Notes under the pieces: model-generated | Told to the model about the DNA's origin: nothing | Database searches by the model: none | What the model saw: only the letters and a program-made list of their open reading frames with translations | NCBI GenBank assembly: GCA_041178425.1 | Contig: JBEGVH010000009.1 | Location: 192,001-256,000, forward strand | Direction: 5' to 3' | Source of the DNA: Pseudomonadota bacterium | GTDB lineage: Bacteria > Bdellovibrionota > Bdellovibrionia > Bdellovibrionales > Bdellovibrionaceae | DNA length: 64,000 nt | Program-made: the position numbers and the translations under genes | Part shown: piece after piece, positions 1 to 9,472 of the stretch | Layout of the letters: each line of letters starts with the position of its first letter | How positions within the stretch are numbered: position 1 is the first letter of the stretch

Positions 1-1122
1 AGTCATCCAACCAGCAATTATTGAGCAGCTTGAGGCGCAAAGACGATCGCCTGGCGCTGACCCTTGACTCCAATTCGCTGCGCTTGTTGCCCAACGATAT
101 CCGAGAACAGAACCTGGTGTTCCGACAAAAATATAGGTCGACTCTTCGAAGACCGTAGTAAAAAAGAACGCTTTACTCGCCAAACTGCTATAGCTGGGGC
201 CGGGCGTGCTGAAGTTAGTATTTGCATTGTAAAATCGTAGCAAACGGCCGGTATCGATCAGCAGAGTGATCGAAGGTGTAGAATCTCCTCCAACGGTGAT
301 TCCACCTGCGATCATATATTCTTTTTGAAAAGTCTCTCCGCCGGTACTACCAGACTTGCCCAAATAGACATTCATGTTTTCGGGAGCCACACTACCAAAA
401 TCACTCGTCGTTGTTGGAAGGTTAGCGTCAAGTCCCTTACCGCTGCGAGTACAATTGGTCGCGGCGGCGCCAGAAGTGTCTCCGGTGTTTGCCTTGTATT
501 TGCCAGAAACACAACCTTTCATCTGGCCCAAATTTTTATAGGTAACTGTTAGCTTATCGAAAGTGCCTGTTTGGTTCACCGACATCACGCCAAGAGGTGC
601 TGTTTCTCCAGCGGCGAGTTCCGGGCATCCAAGCCCAGTGGTTCCATCGGGAAGAGTCATCGAAACCTTTTGCACCAGAGTTCCGTCGGCTTTTACACCG
701 CACTGGCAAGTTTGTCCTTCTGGAACGGTGATTGGATTGCCATTGGTATCGATGCATTCCAATTTAGTGAAGAAGTTACTCATATCCACACTCGAATCAC
801 GAACTGTGAGGGCTTTACCCGAGCTGTCGCTAAAGATCGGCACATTCACCGAATGATCTGTAGAGCTTCCAAGCACCATGCTTGTGACCTTAAACGTGAC
901 TTCGTCAGCGGGTCCGCTGCCGATACTGGAATTGAGAAAACCGTTGGCATCAACGGTATTCATTCTGAAGAGGGAATCGCTTCCAACACCCGAAGAGACC
1001 ATTCTTACTTTTAATGAGTGGGTGGTGCCACTTCCACCATCTGACCCACTGTTCGAGCTTTTGCTACAAGCGGCCGCCAATAAGAGCGAAATAATTGCTC
1101 CCATCATGAGATGTTTTTTCAT
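1..1122 (-). CDS. Lipoprotein of unknown function, truncated by window start (absent from the ORF track)
   Basis: Manual translation from ATG at 1122 (RBS AAGGAGG): MKKHLMMGAIISLLLAAAC-SKSSNSGSDGG...; open for 374 codons to base 1; lipobox-like AAAC, Ser/Gly/Thr-rich, several Cys. Confidence 0.85.
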   Translation of the reverse strand, partial: MKKHLMMGAIISLLLAAACSKSSNSGSDGGSGTTHSLKVRMVSSGVGSDSLFRMNTVDANGFLNSSIGSGPADEVTFKVTSMVLGSSTDHSVNVPIFSDSSGKALTVRDSSVDMSNFFTKLECIDTNGNPITVPEGQTCQCGVKADGTLVQKVSMTLPDGTTGLGCPELAAGETAPLGVMSVNQTGTFDKLTVTYKNLGQMKGCVSGKYKANTGDTSGAAATNCTRSGKGLDANLPTTTSDFGSVAPENMNVYLGKSGSTGGETFQKEYMIAGGITVGGDSTPSITLLIDTGRLLRFYNANTNFSTPGPSYSSLASKAFFFTTVFEESTYIFVGTPGSVLGYRWATSAANWSQGSAPGDRLCASSCSIIAGWMT

Positions 1123-1212
1123 AAAACCTCCTTGTTGTTTTATCATTTAGTATTTTGAGGTCACTTTTATTAAGTGCTCAACTCAATAAAAGTTGAGTGA
1201 AGATTTGAAGGT

Positions 1213-1923
1213 CTAGGCTTCTAGAGGCGTTTTCTGTTGAATTAGAACAGTGTCGCCTACCTTAGTAATTCTGTATTTCCATAGGGCCAGCTTTTTGTTT
1301 AGCTTCCAAAGAAATGTATTGATCGTTCCAGTTTCCAGCCTTGTTAGTTTCCAAATTTCGGTTCGGAGTTCTTCGTTGGTGACGGGTTTTGGATATTTCT
1401 TCACAAGCATGGACAGCATTTGAAATTCAATCTTCGATAGATCAACGTCTTGGTCATAGAGGTTGGCTCTCAGATTGTGCGGCAGAAGTCTAAGGCCGTG
1501 CAGCCGTAACTCTGCTTCCTTTTTATTGCCAGCGGCTCGGTTGACTGAATTTCGAATACGGATGATCATCTCTTCGGGATGCATAGCTTTCCAGAGATAA
1601 TCGTCTGCTCCGTTTGAAAGCATCTCGAGTCTCGACTGAAGCGACTCATCGTTCGAGAGTACCAAAACAGGAGTTTTCTCACTTACTGATTTGCAGTAAC
1701 GAATCACATCGAGACCTACTTTGCCTTCGGGCAAGTCCATGTCGATCAGTAGGGCATCGTGATGATGAAGATCTGGGAGCTTCAATTCCTTGAGTTGAGC
1801 AAAGGATTGAAGAGTAGTAAGTTTAAAATGAGGTGTAAACTCCTCAGTAAAAAGAGAGACGAAGCCAGGATTATCTTCAAGCCACAAAATACTGGGCAAA
1901 TCTTTCACTTGCTTTAAGTCCAT
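1213..1923 (-). CDS. OmpR/PhoB-family response regulator
   Basis: Receiver motifs LEDN, LIDMDLP, VLS, GADDYLWK; winged-helix region LSKIEFQML...LNKKL. Confidence 0.9.
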   Translation of the reverse strand: MDLKQVKDLPSILWLEDNPGFVSLFTEEFTPHFKLTTLQSFAQLKELKLPDLHHHDALLIDMDLPEGKVGLDVIRYCKSVSEKTPVLVLSNDESLQSRLEMLSNGADDYLWKAMHPEEMIIRIRNSVNRAAGNKKEAELRLHGLRLLPHNLRANLYDQDVDLSKIEFQMLSMLVKKYPKPVTNEELRTEIWKLTRLETGTINTFLWKLNKKLALWKYRITKVGDTVLIQQKTPLEA

Positions 1924-2036
1924 GGTTGCTTCCCTGAGGTAGGACTAAAGAATGGATCTTAATTCGGATTTCCTCAACTCAAAAAAAAGTGATTTGACCA
2001 TTTTTTAAACAAATAGAGATAATTTAGTGCAGACAA

Positions 2037-3308
2037 ATGACTATGGAAAACCAGTACTACTCACTACCCGATGAAGCCTACTTAGCCACAAGGCAAACTT
2101 ATGTGCAGCGGTTTACGTTGATCTATAGCTCAACGACGCTGGTATTCTCAGCTTATTTTTCACCCCAAGATTTTAATTTTAAAGTGGCGCTAATCATCAA
2201 CGTCCTTTTGTTTTTGATCGGAGCTCCCTACTGGTTTCGTAAAACGAGTATTCCTCATCTCTATCTTAACGTACTCTCACAGGTCTCGAATGCGTTCGCA
2301 TCGATCTGGATTTGCTCTTTCTTGGGCCCAACGTCTCACATCAATCTCGTTGCGATCCCACAGTTTATTTTGGTTTTAATGATGTTTGGAGGAAAGTACC
2401 GACTTCTGAGCTGGACTCTTGGCGCCATTTGCGTATTTCAACTCTCCTTGCCACTCTTTCCCTTTGTTAACAATTGGTATCTGAATAAGCGGATGCCCGA
2501 AGAGCATTTAGTGATTCTGCGAGAGCTAATAGACCTTTTGATTTTAATACTTACTATTTATCAATTTCGCGTGATCTCTGAAGCTTGGAGAGATGCCCTT
2601 GTCATTGTTAAGGATGAAAAACAAAAGCTCCAAACTGAGAGTGAGTGGCGATTTCGACTTCTGAGGATTCTGAGTCACGATATTAAAGAGCCCATGGTGA
2701 GTGCTCTCCAGCTTTTGCGAAAAATTCGCCGAGGAGCCAAAGAAGATCTCGATCCACGTTTGATCAATCAACTTGAGAATTCACAGATGATGATCCGTGA
2801 AATCATTTCGAATGTGGAGTCTTATGCCTCGGCCCACCAAGATTTGCAATTGCCAAGGGTCTGGTTATCTCCTCAAGAGGTTCTTGAGAAGATTATGCCT
2901 TGGCTTAAAAGCAGGCTCGAAGAAAAATTAATTTCGATTTCTGATTCTAACATCTCTGAAAATCATCGTATCTGGGTAAATCCCGAAGCTTTCATCTACC
3001 AGGTTTTTCTTAACATCTTATCGAATGCCATTAAGTTTAGTCCTGCCGGTTCGAAAATCGACTTTTCATCAGAGCAAATGGGCCAGACAGTGATATGGAA
3101 AATTCGGGATCAAGGAAAAGGAATCAATCCTGAGGCCTTCTCCGAACGAAATTTCTCGGAACCTGGGACTCAAGGAGAATCTGGCTCCGGACTTGGAATT
3201 CGCATTGCAAATCTAATTGCGCATAAACAAGATCTAGAACTGATATGGAAAAAAATGGATCAACCACAGACAGGCACCGAAGTTTCTATTGTTAGTCGTA
3301 GCCTTTAA
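2037..3308 (+). CDS. Membrane sensor histidine kinase
   Basis: About 5 TM helices; H-box LSHDIKEP, N-box NILSNAIKFS, G1 DQGKGI, G2 GSGLG; divergent from the response regulator. Confidence 0.9.
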   Translation: MTMENQYYSLPDEAYLATRQTYVQRFTLIYSSTTLVFSAYFSPQDFNFKVALIINVLLFLIGAPYWFRKTSIPHLYLNVLSQVSNAFASIWICSFLGPTSHINLVAIPQFILVLMMFGGKYRLLSWTLGAICVFQLSLPLFPFVNNWYLNKRMPEEHLVILRELIDLLILILTIYQFRVISEAWRDALVIVKDEKQKLQTESEWRFRLLRILSHDIKEPMVSALQLLRKIRRGAKEDLDPRLINQLENSQMMIREIISNVESYASAHQDLQLPRVWLSPQEVLEKIMPWLKSRLEEKLISISDSNISENHRIWVNPEAFIYQVFLNILSNAIKFSPAGSKIDFSSEQMGQTVIWKIRDQGKGINPEAFSERNFSEPGTQGESGSGLGIRIANLIAHKQDLELIWKKMDQPQTGTEVSIVSRSL

Positions 3309-3542
3309 GTGGGAGCTATTGCTTGAGCTCCTCCTATCGTAAATCAAATACGTCAAGCCGAAGAAGGACCAACTCACTTGCTACTAAAAAAAGCTGCCCT
3401 GACTTCTTCCTAAAAAAAATGATTCAAGTGTTTGAGGAACATACGCTCTCAACGGAGTGATTGTAACCTTTAATAACTACAGGCTTCGCTTGCTAAATAT
3501 TTAAGATGTTTTGGATTTTGGGTGATTAGAACCGTAGAAATG

Positions 3543-3576
3543 ATAAAGGCCCCAAGGTTTACCTTGAGGCCTTTAT
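3543..3576 (-). terminator. Hairpin immediately downstream of tRNA-fMet
   Basis: ATAAAGGCC-CCAAGG-TTTA-CCTTGA-GGCCTTTAT near-perfect inverted repeat. Confidence 0.7.
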
Positions 3577-3653
<77 letters not shown>

Positions 3654-3836
3654 ACAGAAACGCGTTAAAGCGTTGGTCGGTTTTACGAGCAGGCCGAGTT
3701 GAAGTCAAGGTGCATTTCGAATAGTTTATTTATACATAGGGTCATTGTTTCGCAATAAAGGTTCATGACTGTTCGTTTGGTTCCTTCTAATAAAAGATTA
3801 GTTTCAATCAAGAACATTAAAAGGACTCATCATTTC

Positions 3837-4502
3837 ATGAAACTCTACCGTCATTATAAACAAAAATACTATAAGCTTTACGGAATCGCAAAACACAGTG
3901 AAACCCTTACAGATGTTGCCTATTATGAATGCTTGTATGAAAATACGGCAGGTCAATTTTGGGTTCGACCTGATGAACTCTTTTTTGGAAACATCGAACT
4001 CAATGGCAAAACCGTTCCGCGATTTGAAGAGGTAAAGCTTCAAATACAACCACCACTGCCTGCTGATAAAAATCAACTCAAAGAACTAAAGCTCTTCTTC
4101 GATTCGCTCGCCGGACATGATCGAGAAAATTCCCCGTTTGAGCAACTACCCGAAGAAAAAACACTCTTTATTTCCAAGGCCCTCATCGAAGATCAACTCG
4201 TTGCTGCACTCATTAGCTACAGATTAACCTCACACATTTTTCACAACGTTTGGGGTGGTGTCACCCCCGCTTTACAACGCCTCGGCATTGCCTCTGATCT
4301 TTTGGGGACGCAGCTTGATTGGTGCCTCGCTAATGGCTACACCCACCTACGCACCCAAATCCCCAATACCTTCACCCCTGCCCTTCATCTCCACCTCACC
4401 CAGGGGTTTACCATTGTGGGGACAGACCCCAAAGATCCCACCAAAGATCCCAATGGGCCAGCCCAAGAACTGCTCATCAATTTTATTAAAAAACTTATGT
4501 GA
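3837..4502 (+). CDS. DUF1653 domain fused to GNAT acetyltransferase
   Basis: N-term YRHYK...YKLYGIAKHSET...YECLY...WVRPDELF...PRF (DUF1653); C-term GVTPALQRLGIASDLL...NTFTPALHLHLTQGF (GNAT motifs A and B). Start moved from 3765 to ATG 3837, with AAGGA upstream. Confidence 0.75.
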   Translation: MKLYRHYKQKYYKLYGIAKHSETLTDVAYYECLYENTAGQFWVRPDELFFGNIELNGKTVPRFEEVKLQIQPPLPADKNQLKELKLFFDSLAGHDRENSPFEQLPEEKTLFISKALIEDQLVAALISYRLTSHIFHNVWGGVTPALQRLGIASDLLGTQLDWCLANGYTHLRTQIPNTFTPALHLHLTQGFTIVGTDPKDPTKDPNGPAQELLINFIKKLM

Positions 4503-4581
4503 TTCCGATGATTTAAGCAGGTCTAACCTTCGACTTGTCCTTGAGTTTTTACTTTAACTTCCCTGCCATCATTGGTTTTAT

Positions 4582-4608
4582 TCAAATATTTCAAAAAAAT
4601 ACCGATAA
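4582..4608 (+). promoter_or_regulatory. Sigma-28 (FliA)-like promoter
   Basis: TCAA-N15-ACCGATAA upstream of the pilin-like gene. Confidence 0.6.
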
Positions 4609-4674
4609 CTAGTCGAAACTTCCTAGTGAAATACTTTGTTCGCTTAGGCCTCGAATTTGGCAAGGATGTGAGAT

Positions 4675-5451
4675 ATGTTTGAAAATCAGAGGGGCGAATC
4701 ACTTGTTTCGGTACTTTTAGCCGCTGCCATTTTAACAATTATCATTTCAGGCATAATCTCGATGCAGGTCAACCAACAAAGAGAAACTCGCTATTTAAGT
4801 GAGAAACTCGCCGTTTTAGGGCTCGAAAGCATTTTAGTTCCCAATCTCTCTAGCGGTTCTATTTGTGTTTTCGAACTCAATAACCCATCAAAACTGACCT
4901 TCAATTCGACGAATACCACCACAGTCGCAGCTGCAAAAATTTTGGTAAGTGCCATCCACGCGGCGCCCTCTTCCTTAGCCCCCATTATTGCAAAGAGCAA
5001 TGATATTAAGCCTATTTCCCCTGAAACTCCTTCGGTTTTTGTAAAACAAATTTATTTAACAGATTTTGTGGGTTCAGGATCGACTTATACAGCTAACTGG
5101 AAAATTAGTTTTGATTCAAACAAGCTGGTCCGTGCCTTGAGCCCAATCTCGATACCCGTAGTTTTAAAGGTCGATAACGCGAATCCAACCTCCACAAAAA
5201 TTACTGGATGCAATAAGCCCAATGAACCACAAACAATCCTTGGCACAAACCCAACATGTCCTTCCGGTCAATCATGGATCGCTCGCCGCTGGATAACGCC
5301 AAGTTGCTCAAACTATGGCGGCGCCTGCACCCTCTACCAGGGTTGGTCGGGAGCGCCACCTTCCTGTGAATCGTGCGTTGACTGGGAAAAATGCCATATT
5401 TGCTATTCCTCAAAATGGGATGCGGCTCAATGCATTCCGAATCCAATCTAG
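4675..5451 (+). CDS. Type IV pilin-like (prepilin-type N-terminus) protein with Cys-rich C-terminus
   Basis: MFENQRG|ESLVSVLLAAAILTIIISG leader plus hydrophobic helix; Cys-rich tail. Confidence 0.7.
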   Translation: MFENQRGESLVSVLLAAAILTIIISGIISMQVNQQRETRYLSEKLAVLGLESILVPNLSSGSICVFELNNPSKLTFNSTNTTTVAAAKILVSAIHAAPSSLAPIIAKSNDIKPISPETPSVFVKQIYLTDFVGSGSTYTANWKISFDSNKLVRALSPISIPVVLKVDNANPTSTKITGCNKPNEPQTILGTNPTCPSGQSWIARRWITPSCSNYGGACTLYQGWSGAPPSCESCVDWEKCHICYSSKWDAAQCIPNPI

Positions 5452-5585
5452 GTCAGACTCAATATTTTTGCCAACATCACCTCTTTGGCGGGTTGCGGGA
5501 ATATTTGAGAGCGAATCTTGCATTTTGAATATTTTGGAGTAGTTTGCGACCCCATGTCTTCAACCTATTGAATCTGGAGCACGAC

Positions 5586-6140
5586 GTGATCATAAAATTG
5601 GCCGAAATTAGCGAAGAAGGTGAAAGTTTTTCTCTCTCTCGTCAGTCGGGTGAACTTAATACCACACTGAACGACCTGATCGGAGAAAATGACTATAATA
5701 TAGAGTTCACCATCAACCCCCTCGATCAAGGCTTCGACTTGTCTGGCTCTGTCAAAACCCAAACACCCGAACTCTGTTCTCGCTGTGGAATTGATATTAA
5801 AATCAAAATAAATAAGTCATTCAGAGAACTTCTACTCCCTCGGCTAAAAACCCCAGAGCAAGGCGATCACTACTCCCGCGTCAATCATTATACCGATTTG
5901 CATGAAGAAAACAGCCCGAGCGTGATCGAGTGCGAAAACCTCCTATTTGATGTGGGCGAGTTCTTTCACGAATTGATTGGCCTACAAATTCCACTTAAAC
6001 CAGTGGGAGAGACGGATGATAAAGGTGACTGCTTAGTTTGTGGTCTCAATGTTGAAACCACAAATTTTGGGTACGATGAAGCTGTTCCGGCCCAAAAAAA
6101 TAACCCTTTTGGCGTTCTGAAGAACATAAAGTTGAATTAA
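5586..6140 (+). CDS. yceD: DUF177/YceD family protein
   Basis: CSRC motif, C-terminal NPFGVLK, position upstream of rpmF; GTG start with GGAG RBS. Confidence 0.85.
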   Translation: MIIKLAEISEEGESFSLSRQSGELNTTLNDLIGENDYNIEFTINPLDQGFDLSGSVKTQTPELCSRCGIDIKIKINKSFRELLLPRLKTPEQGDHYSRVNHYTDLHEENSPSVIECENLLFDVGEFFHELIGLQIPLKPVGETDDKGDCLVCGLNVETTNFGYDEAVPAQKNNPFGVLKNIKLN

Positions 6141-6234
6141 CAGTTGATTTTGCGAAAAGTTTCGTTATTTTACCGAGTTCGTTAGATTTACAAATTACAC
6201 AAAGGCTTTTTATAGCCCATTTGAGAGGTGACGT

Positions 6235-6429
6235 ATGCCAACACCCAAGAAGAAAACTAGTCGTTCACGTAGAGATATGCGCCGTTCACACGACGGATTA
6301 TCCACTCCAGCCATGTCATTAGATGCAAAATCTGGTGAATGGGTTCGCCCCCACACTGCCCACAAAGGCACTGATGGAGCTTACTACTACAAAGGAAAAC
6401 AGATCAGCGCTGCTAAATCTAAAGAGTAA
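6235..6429 (+). CDS. rpmF: 50S ribosomal protein bL32
   Basis: MPTPKKKTSRSRRDMRRSH...RPH...GAYYYKGK. Confidence 0.95.
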   Translation: MPTPKKKTSRSRRDMRRSHDGLSTPAMSLDAKSGEWVRPHTAHKGTDGAYYYKGKQISAAKSKE

Positions 6430-6434
6430 TCTCA

Positions 6435-7433
6435 ATGATTAAGACGCCGTTCCGATCCAGAGTTGCAGGCATTGGTTCTTATCTTCCCGAAAAAATACTA
6501 AGCAACCATGATCTTGAGAAAATGGTTGATACCAATGATCAATGGGTTCGTGAAAGAACCGGAATCGAACGGCGGCACATTGCAGCTGATGGTCAATATA
6601 CGAGTGATTTGAGTTTAATCGCGACAGAGCGTGCTCTTGCCGATGCTCAACTCAAAGCCTCTGATATTGATCTCATACTCCTCGCAACTGTCTCTCCGGA
6701 CCAAGTGATGCCCAATACGGCCTCTGCTCTTCAGCAGAAACTAGGCATTTCCAACATTCCTTGTCTCGATATTTCTGCCGCTTGCTCAGGATTTATTTAC
6801 GGGCTTTCTATAGCCGATCAATTCATCCGCACGGGAATGTATAAAAACATTTTGGTGATTGGTGCCGAAGTCTTACACCGTATCGTTAACTACAAAGACA
6901 GAGAAACCTGTATTCTCTTCGGTGACGCCGCTGGTGCGTGGATTATTTCGCGAACTGATTTCGATGCCAAAGAAGGGATCTTCAGCACCCACTTGCGTGC
7001 CAATGGGGAACTCGGTGAGCTCTTCGTTTTACCTGCGGGCGGCTCTAAAATTCCTTTTTCCCAAGATGCTCTCGAAAAAAACCTTCAATTCGTTACCATG
7101 AAGGGCAGAGAGATTTTCCGTCATGCTGTTCGCACATTGACTGATTGTTGCCATGAAGCTCTTAATGCTAACAATGTTGATAGCTCTCAGGTTGATTGGC
7201 TGGTGCCTCATCAGGCCAATGTTAGAATTCTTGATAGCGTTGCTGATCACTTCGAAATTCCTAAAGAAAAAGTTATTATTAGTTTACACGAAACAGGAAA
7301 CACCTCTGCCGCTTCTATTCCCGTCGCCTTCGACTTAGCTGTCAAAGAAGGAAAGATCAAACGTGGTCAAATGATTCTTCTGGCAGCTTTCGGAGCCGGT
7401 TTAACGAGTGGCAGTGCTTTATTGAGGTACTAA
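6435..7433 (+). CDS. fabH: 3-oxoacyl-ACP synthase III
   Basis: AACSGF, PHQAN, GNTSAAS triad motifs. Confidence 0.97.
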   Translation: MIKTPFRSRVAGIGSYLPEKILSNHDLEKMVDTNDQWVRERTGIERRHIAADGQYTSDLSLIATERALADAQLKASDIDLILLATVSPDQVMPNTASALQQKLGISNIPCLDISAACSGFIYGLSIADQFIRTGMYKNILVIGAEVLHRIVNYKDRETCILFGDAAGAWIISRTDFDAKEGIFSTHLRANGELGELFVLPAGGSKIPFSQDALEKNLQFVTMKGREIFRHAVRTLTDCCHEALNANNVDSSQVDWLVPHQANVRILDSVADHFEIPKEKVIISLHETGNTSAASIPVAFDLAVKEGKIKRGQMILLAAFGAGLTSGSALLRY

Positions 7434-7436
7434 AAT

Positions 7437-8396
7437 ATGCTTTCCCTATTTTTCCCAGGGCAGGGTAGCCAAAGTCCAGGTATGGGCAAATGGCTCTTCG
7501 AAGAGTTTGCAACAGCTAAACATGTTTACGAAGAATCAAGCGACGCGCTCAATTTAAATCTTAAAAAACTATGTTTTGAAGGTCCAGAAGACGAACTTCA
7601 AAAAACAGAGAACACTCAACCGGCCATCTTAGCCACTTCGATCGCATACTATAGAGTGATCAATGAATTGGTCGGCTTAAAGCCGAGTTATGCGCTCGGG
7701 CATTCTATTGGTGAGTACGCAGCTCTTGTTGCATCAGGAGTGATGCCACTGGCTCCCGCAGTAAAAGCCGTTCGCGAACGCGGGCTCGCAATGCAGAATG
7801 CGGTTCCGATTGGTAAAGGCGGAATGTGTGCCGTTCTCAACCTCGAAGACAGCGAAGTTCAAGCCATTTGCCAATGGGCCACTAAAGAATCCGGACTCGG
7901 AGTGATAGAAGCAGCAAACTTTAATACCCCTGGACAAGTTGTTATTAGTGGTATTCAAGCGACACTTGATTGGCTCCAGCAAAATTGGCCAAACTATCAA
8001 GGACCAGGTGCTGGTAAAAAAGCGCGTTGGATTCCACTCAAAGTATCAGCACCCTTTCACTGCTCACTCATGAAGCCGGCAGAAGAAAAGATGGCAGAAG
8101 TTTTAAGCGAAATTCCGTTTCAAAACGCTCAGTGGGAAATTATTCAAAACTTTACCGCCGCCCCTACCGTTGATGCAGTAGCTCTTAAAGAAAACTTAAC
8201 AAAACAAATCTCTGGAACTGTTCGCTGGACGGAAAGCGTTCAAAAAGCCCTGTCTTTGGGTATTCGCAAAGGCATCGAGCTTGGGCACGGCCAAGTCATT
8301 CGCGGTTTAAACAAAAAAATTAGCACTGACCTCGAAATGATCACTGTACAATCTCTGGAAGACCTGAAAAACTTCGAAAAACAATTCAAAGGATAG
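7437..8396 (+). CDS. fabD: Malonyl-CoA:ACP transacylase
   Basis: FPGQGSQ, GHSIGEY, SAPFH. Confidence 0.97.
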   Translation: MLSLFFPGQGSQSPGMGKWLFEEFATAKHVYEESSDALNLNLKKLCFEGPEDELQKTENTQPAILATSIAYYRVINELVGLKPSYALGHSIGEYAALVASGVMPLAPAVKAVRERGLAMQNAVPIGKGGMCAVLNLEDSEVQAICQWATKESGLGVIEAANFNTPGQVVISGIQATLDWLQQNWPNYQGPGAGKKARWIPLKVSAPFHCSLMKPAEEKMAEVLSEIPFQNAQWEIIQNFTAAPTVDAVALKENLTKQISGTVRWTESVQKALSLGIRKGIELGHGQVIRGLNKKISTDLEMITVQSLEDLKNFEKQFKG

Positions 8397-8404
8397 TGAA
8401 TACC

Positions 8405-9163
8405 ATGAGCGATATCAGCGCTTTGCCATTGAAGGGCAAAAATATTCTCGTAACGGGGGGCAGCCGCGGTATTGGCGCTGCCATTGCTAAACATGCAGCC
8501 GAACTTGGGGCTCGAATCGCTCTCACCTACACCTCAAAGCCCGAATTAGCAGAAACCGTTGTCAAATCGCTTCCGGGCGAAGGCCACTTTAGTCAAGCGA
8601 TGGACATCAGCAATTCTATCTCAGTAGAAGAAGGAATGAAGAAGATTTTAGAAACATTCGGAACCATCGATGGCCTTGTAAACAATGCCGGTATTACCCG
8701 CGATCAGCTCCTTTTAATGATGAAAACCGAAGACTTTGACGCTGTTATAAATACCAATTTACGCGGCACGTTCCTCGTTACTAAGTCAGTTTTAAAACCG
8801 ATGATTCGCGCCCGCAAAGGTTCCATCGTAACCATCACAAGCATTATTGGACAAACCGGCAATGGCGGACAAGCCAACTACGCCGCCAGCAAAGCAGGAC
8901 TAGAAGCCTTTTCTAAGTCGGTAGCTTTGGAAGTAGCCTCTCGAAATGTACGCTTAAACTGCGTGGCTCCTGGTTTTATTGCTACCGAAATGACTGACGC
9001 TCTCACCGAAGATCAAAAAGGCACCATTCAAGAAAAAATTCCATTAAAACAAATTGGATCTGCTCTTGATGTTGCACAAGCTGTAGCGTATCTTCTTAGT
9101 GATAATGCAAAATATGTAACCGGCCACACATTAAATGTGAATGGCGGCATGTTCATGCAATAA
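8405..9163 (+). CDS. fabG: 3-oxoacyl-ACP reductase
   Basis: TGGSRGIG, NNAGITRD, YAASK; alternative GTG start at 8396. Confidence 0.97.
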   Translation: MSDISALPLKGKNILVTGGSRGIGAAIAKHAAELGARIALTYTSKPELAETVVKSLPGEGHFSQAMDISNSISVEEGMKKILETFGTIDGLVNNAGITRDQLLLMMKTEDFDAVINTNLRGTFLVTKSVLKPMIRARKGSIVTITSIIGQTGNGGQANYAASKAGLEAFSKSVALEVASRNVRLNCVAPGFIATEMTDALTEDQKGTIQEKIPLKQIGSALDVAQAVAYLLSDNAKYVTGHTLNVNGGMFMQ

Positions 9164-9236
9164 CAATTATTAAACAAAGATTAATAACCAAAAAAGGTGG
9201 TAAAAATCTATGGAAATGGAACTCGGAGGTAAGACA

Positions 9237-9470
9237 ATGACTATCCCTACTAAAGTTAAAGACATTATCGTTGAGCAACTTGGTGTTGATCCTGAGAAAG
9301 TAAAAGCTGAAGCTTCTTTCATAGACGACCTAGGCGCTGATAGCTTGGATATCGTTGAGCTTGTAATGGCAATGGAAGAAGAATTCGACATCGAAATCCC
9401 TGATGAAGATGCCGAAAAGCTTCGCACTGTTCAAGACGTTGCTTCATACCTCGCTTCAAAAGGTAAGTAA
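9237..9470 (+). CDS. acpP: Acyl carrier protein
   Basis: [20 protein letters not shown] before ATG 9237. Confidence 0.98.
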   Translation: MTIPTKVKDIIVEQLGVDPEKVKAEASFIDDLGADSLDIVELVMAMEEEFDIEIPDEDAEKLRTVQDVASYLASKGK

Positions 9471-9472
9471 TC

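Noticed and set aside
18..1150. Several short overlapping ORFs in the track
   Set aside because: Shadows of the minus-strand lipoprotein gene 1-1122, which has an RBS and lipobox
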